DNA from: an uncultured Desulfobacteraceae bacterium
GTDB lineage: Bacteria; Desulfobacterota; DSM-4660; Desulfatiglandales; B25-G16
Assembly (NCBI GenBank): GCA_964611035.1
Contig: CAZSWT010000011.1
Location: forward strand, 1,006-65,005
Direction of reading: 5' to 3'
DNA: 64,000 nucleotides
A program made the translations under genes and the position numbers. This document shows positions 61,460 through 64,000 of this stretch, in pieces. The notes below the pieces were generated by a model. That model saw only the letters and a list, made by a program, of their open reading frames with translations. It was not told the DNA's origin and searched no databases. The stretch's first letter is position 1; each line of letters opens with the position of its first letter.

Positions 61460-62251
61460 TTATTTTTTAGCCTTCAGAGAGATTATTTCAGCAACCTTCC
61501 TTCCGGAAAGGATCATTCCACCAAATATAGGGCCCATGCGAGGGCCACCAAAGACATTGTTGGCTGCCATTCCAGCTACATAGAGTCCAGGAAAGACCTC
61601 TTTGGTATTGGCTACTGTGAATTGTTCCCCTTCATTAGCCCAGAGGGACATCTCTCCAACTACACCCCCTGTTCTTGTATTTAATTTCGCATCCATTTTT
61701 TTGGTAATAATAGTGCATATATCCGCAGGATGGCCTGTTCCATCCACTATATAAGAGGCCTGGATGCTCAGCGGATCCACAAAAAGGCCCAAATGCTCAA
61801 CCGGCGACCAGTTTAATACTAACCCTGAGACCCTTTTCTTCCCCCTTTTTTCCCTGAAAAGAACATCAACTGCCTTAATGAGGTTGAAGATAGCTGTCCC
61901 TTTTTGAACACACCTGGAAATAATGGTTGAGGTTGCTTCAACCGTATCCATGGTATAATACCCACCGCCCTTATCCTTAAAGCCTATATCCATTTCCTCT
62001 AAAATAGGGAGAGCGTCAGACTGGATAACGCCCTCATTAAACATCATGGCGCCACCCCACATCCCTCCACCAGGAGCAAGTTTGGCCTCAAATATAACAG
62101 CCTTTAGATTTGCCTTGGCAAGATAATAGCCAGCGATCAGATTAGAAGGGCCTGCTCCTACGAGCGCCACATCAACAGTTAAAGACCCGAGAAGCTTTTC
62201 CATATAGGATTCAATAATAGATTTGGAAATAGTAATATCATCTATTTTCAT
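61460..62251 (-). CDS. thi4: Thi4-family thiazole synthase
   Basis: VDVALVGAGPSNLIAGYYLA, GGGMWGGAMMFN and VDGTGH. The ATG at 62251 (MKIDD) follows GGAGGG; the TTG at 62263 overlaps that RBS. Confidence 0.9.
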   Translation of the reverse strand: MKIDDITISKSIIESYMEKLLGSLTVDVALVGAGPSNLIAGYYLAKANLKAVIFEAKLAPGGGMWGGAMMFNEGVIQSDALPILEEMDIGFKDKGGGYYTMDTVEATSTIISRCVQKGTAIFNLIKAVDVLFREKRGKKRVSGLVLNWSPVEHLGLFVDPLSIQASYIVDGTGHPADICTIITKKMDAKLNTRTGGVVGEMSLWANEGEQFTVANTKEVFPGLYVAGMAANNVFGGPRMGPIFGGMILSGRKVAEIISLKAKK

Positions 62252-62646
62252 TTTTCCCTCCAAGAGAAAGCATAAACATTTAAGATTACTCCTTGATTTA
62301 TAATATAATTAGGCAACACAGGATACCCTTTTTTGATCACAAGTCAATAAAATATTGACATGTCTTTTTCCTTGATATCCAGCTATCAAATCCCCATACT
62401 CCTTCCTGCAAAAAACGAGTTTTTATCAAAAAATGCGTCATTTTTATTGCTTAACTATCATATCTTAGGTTTCTTGATGTATGTTGGATACTATAGAATA
62501 CCTGTTGCAGATTCATTGTGGCCTCTTCTGTCAAGATAAGAGAGCATTAATCTTCAAAGGGTAAGTGGGAAGGAAAGCTTGACATCAGAAATTTTTTCAA
62601 ATATTGTTTTTTTAAGGCTTTTAAACCAAAATGAAAGGAGGTTTTT

Positions 62647-62928
62647 ATGAGCACCAACCAGGAGAACGATGGCTATGGAATCTCGGTTTTTAAACCTGGG
62701 ACCCCACCGGGCGTGAAAACGAGGGGCACAATCTTTTTCATTATTCTTTGCCTGATCATCCTGATTCAGGCCTTCTATTGGCTGTTTGCTAATTCAGTCA
62801 AACCATTGGTATTGGGAATGCCTTTTGGCATGTTCTTTATCGTGCTTTTCGTTGCAATTGAATTTGTAGCGCTTCTGATCCTTTACTTCGCTGAAGCGAA
62901 GGATGTCTCGGAAGGAGGTGGTAGCTAA
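62647..62928 (+). CDS. Small two-TM membrane protein (DUF3311-like) preceding a solute symporter
   Basis: 93 aa, two hydrophobic helices. TAATG stop/start overlap with the downstream symporter. AGGAGG RBS. Confidence 0.55.
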   Translation: MSTNQENDGYGISVFKPGTPPGVKTRGTIFFIILCLIILIQAFYWLFANSVKPLVLGMPFGMFFIVLFVAIEFVALLILYFAEAKDVSEGGGS

Positions 62929-64000
62929 TGTCATGGATCACAGTTACTATAATCATTTTCATCTATCTGTTCTTTATTCTGTTTCTGGGAACCTGGGCAG
63001 GTCGTGGCAGGGAAAGCTCTGTGGTTGAATATATTGCGGCCAGTAGGAATCTTGGTTTTTTTGTGATGTACTTCTTGATGGGTGGGGCTATTTTTAGCGC
63101 CTTTGCCTACCTTGGCGGACCTGGTTGGGCGTATTCCAAGGGAGCAGCATCCTTTTATATCTTAGGTTATTGCGCTCTGGGCCTGGTGCCTTGGTGGCTG
63201 TGGGGCCCCCGAGCGCTGCGGGCGGGCAAAAAATTTCATTATGTCACCCAAGCGCAGCTCTTTACAGATCGGTTCCAATCCAAGGCCTTATCTGTGATCA
63301 TTGCGATCGTTTCTATACTGGCATTCATCCAGTATATCACGCTGCAGATGAAGGGCAGTGCATATGTTTTTGAGGTCGCGTCAGGAGGACGTATACCGTT
63401 TTGGGCCGGAGCGCTCATCGCCTATGTGGTGGTTGTCATCTACGTCTTGTACGGCGGCGTGCGAGGTGTGGCGTGGACCAACGTCTTCCAGGGCGCCTTT
63501 ATGATTACCATCGCCTGGATCCTTGGGCTCTACTTTGCCTTCAAACTTTATGGTGGACCCGGAGAGATGTTTCGGCAGATTATGGAGGCCAACCCAACTC
63601 ATCTCCTTGTTGGTCCTGGGACCAAAATGAGCTTTGCCGCATTCAGTAGTGCATTGCTGGTGTCGGTGCTGGGCTTTGCCATGTGGCCTCATTTATTTAT
63701 GAAGGCCTACACAGCGCAGAGCGAACGGGTGATCAAGCAAACCATCGTTATGTATCCCACCTTTGCTATCTTTCTGGTGCCAGTGCTCTTTATCGGGTTT
63801 GCTGGAATTATGCAGGTGACCCCCGATGTACTGGGCGCTCCTGATAGGATTTTACCGTGGATGTTCATTCACATGAAATTTCCTGCTATCATTGTAGGAT
63901 TGGTTCTAGCCGCAGCCCTTGCCGCTGCTATGTCAACGCAGGATACCATTACCCATGCGGCGGGTTCTATCTTTGCTCAGGACCTTGTGGAGCCCCTGAA
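62928..64000 (+). CDS. Sodium:solute symporter family protein (3' end outside window)
   Basis: Not in the ORF track because the frame stays open to the window end. My translation starts MSWITVTIIIFIYLFFILFLGTWAGRGRESSVVEYIAASRNLGFFVMYFLMGGAIFSAFAYLGGPGWAYSKG, which is typical of the SSF N-terminus. Confidence 0.8.
   Translation, partial: MSWITVTIIIFIYLFFILFLGTWAGRGRESSVVEYIAASRNLGFFVMYFLMGGAIFSAFAYLGGPGWAYSKGAASFYILGYCALGLVPWWLWGPRALRAGKKFHYVTQAQLFTDRFQSKALSVIIAIVSILAFIQYITLQMKGSAYVFEVASGGRIPFWAGALIAYVVVVIYVLYGGVRGVAWTNVFQGAFMITIAWILGLYFAFKLYGGPGEMFRQIMEANPTHLLVGPGTKMSFAAFSSALLVSVLGFAMWPHLFMKAYTAQSERVIKQTIVMYPTFAIFLVPVLFIGFAGIMQVTPDVLGAPDRILPWMFIHMKFPAIIVGLVLAAALAAAMSTQDTITHAAGSIFAQDLVEPL

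Noticed and set aside
62252-62420. Expected TPP riboswitch upstream of thi4 (minus strand).
   Set aside because: Reading the reverse complement, I found no CUGAGA or ACCUGAUCUGGAUAAUGCCAGCG-like THI-box, only a short ttgata/tatcaa hairpin. A covariance-model scan would be needed to be sure.
63125-63692. Three ORFs of 82-103 aa in two frames and on both strands (63125..63373 +, 63401..63649 +, 63381..63692 -).
   Set aside because: All overlap the open-ended sodium:solute symporter frame that starts at 62928. They are by-products of the higher GC content of this segment.

Overview
About 40% GC bacterial chromosomal core region with Gram-negative-type envelope genes. No rRNA or tRNA gene and no CRISPR array is visible. 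Gene content, left to right:
- argG 3' end.
- Nitrogen/carbamoyl-phosphate cluster: two divergent aspartate-carbamoyltransferase-like genes, a COG2403 P-loop protein, ornithine carbamoyltransferase, carbamate kinase, glnA and a stand-alone class II aaRS-like ligase.
- Minus-strand block: gpsA, gyrA, gyrB, dnaN, an acyl-CoA dehydrogenase, mnmE, jag, yidC, yidD, rnpA, rpmH. dnaA and recF are absent.
- Strand switch, then plus-strand genes: mreBCD-mrdA-rodA, bactofilin, a complete nine-gene V/A-type ATPase operon, zapB-zapA, a putative 6S RNA, rny, ftsEX-envC-ctpA-yibQ, a DegT aminotransferase, a PAC2 protein and purA.
- A module of a short CstA permease, two small paralogous proteins and two ArsA/Get3-like ATPases.
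- A PNPOx-like protein, patatin, mgtE, thi4, and a higher-GC DUF3311 plus sodium:solute symporter pair running off the window.

Intergenic spacers are loaded with MITE-like elements. At least three have GTAAC...GTTAC termini and 8-bp target duplications. Other dispersed repeats are also present.

Most interesting candidates:
1. An arcA-less arginine/citrulline cluster in which the COG2403 (cyclic-2,3-DPG-synthetase-like) gene sits where arginine deiminase would be.
2. The CstA + 2 small paralogues + heterodimer-like ArsA pair.
3. A transcarbamylase next to carbamate kinase that lacks the aspartate-binding residues.

All calls come from reading the translations and the DNA by eye. No database search was run.
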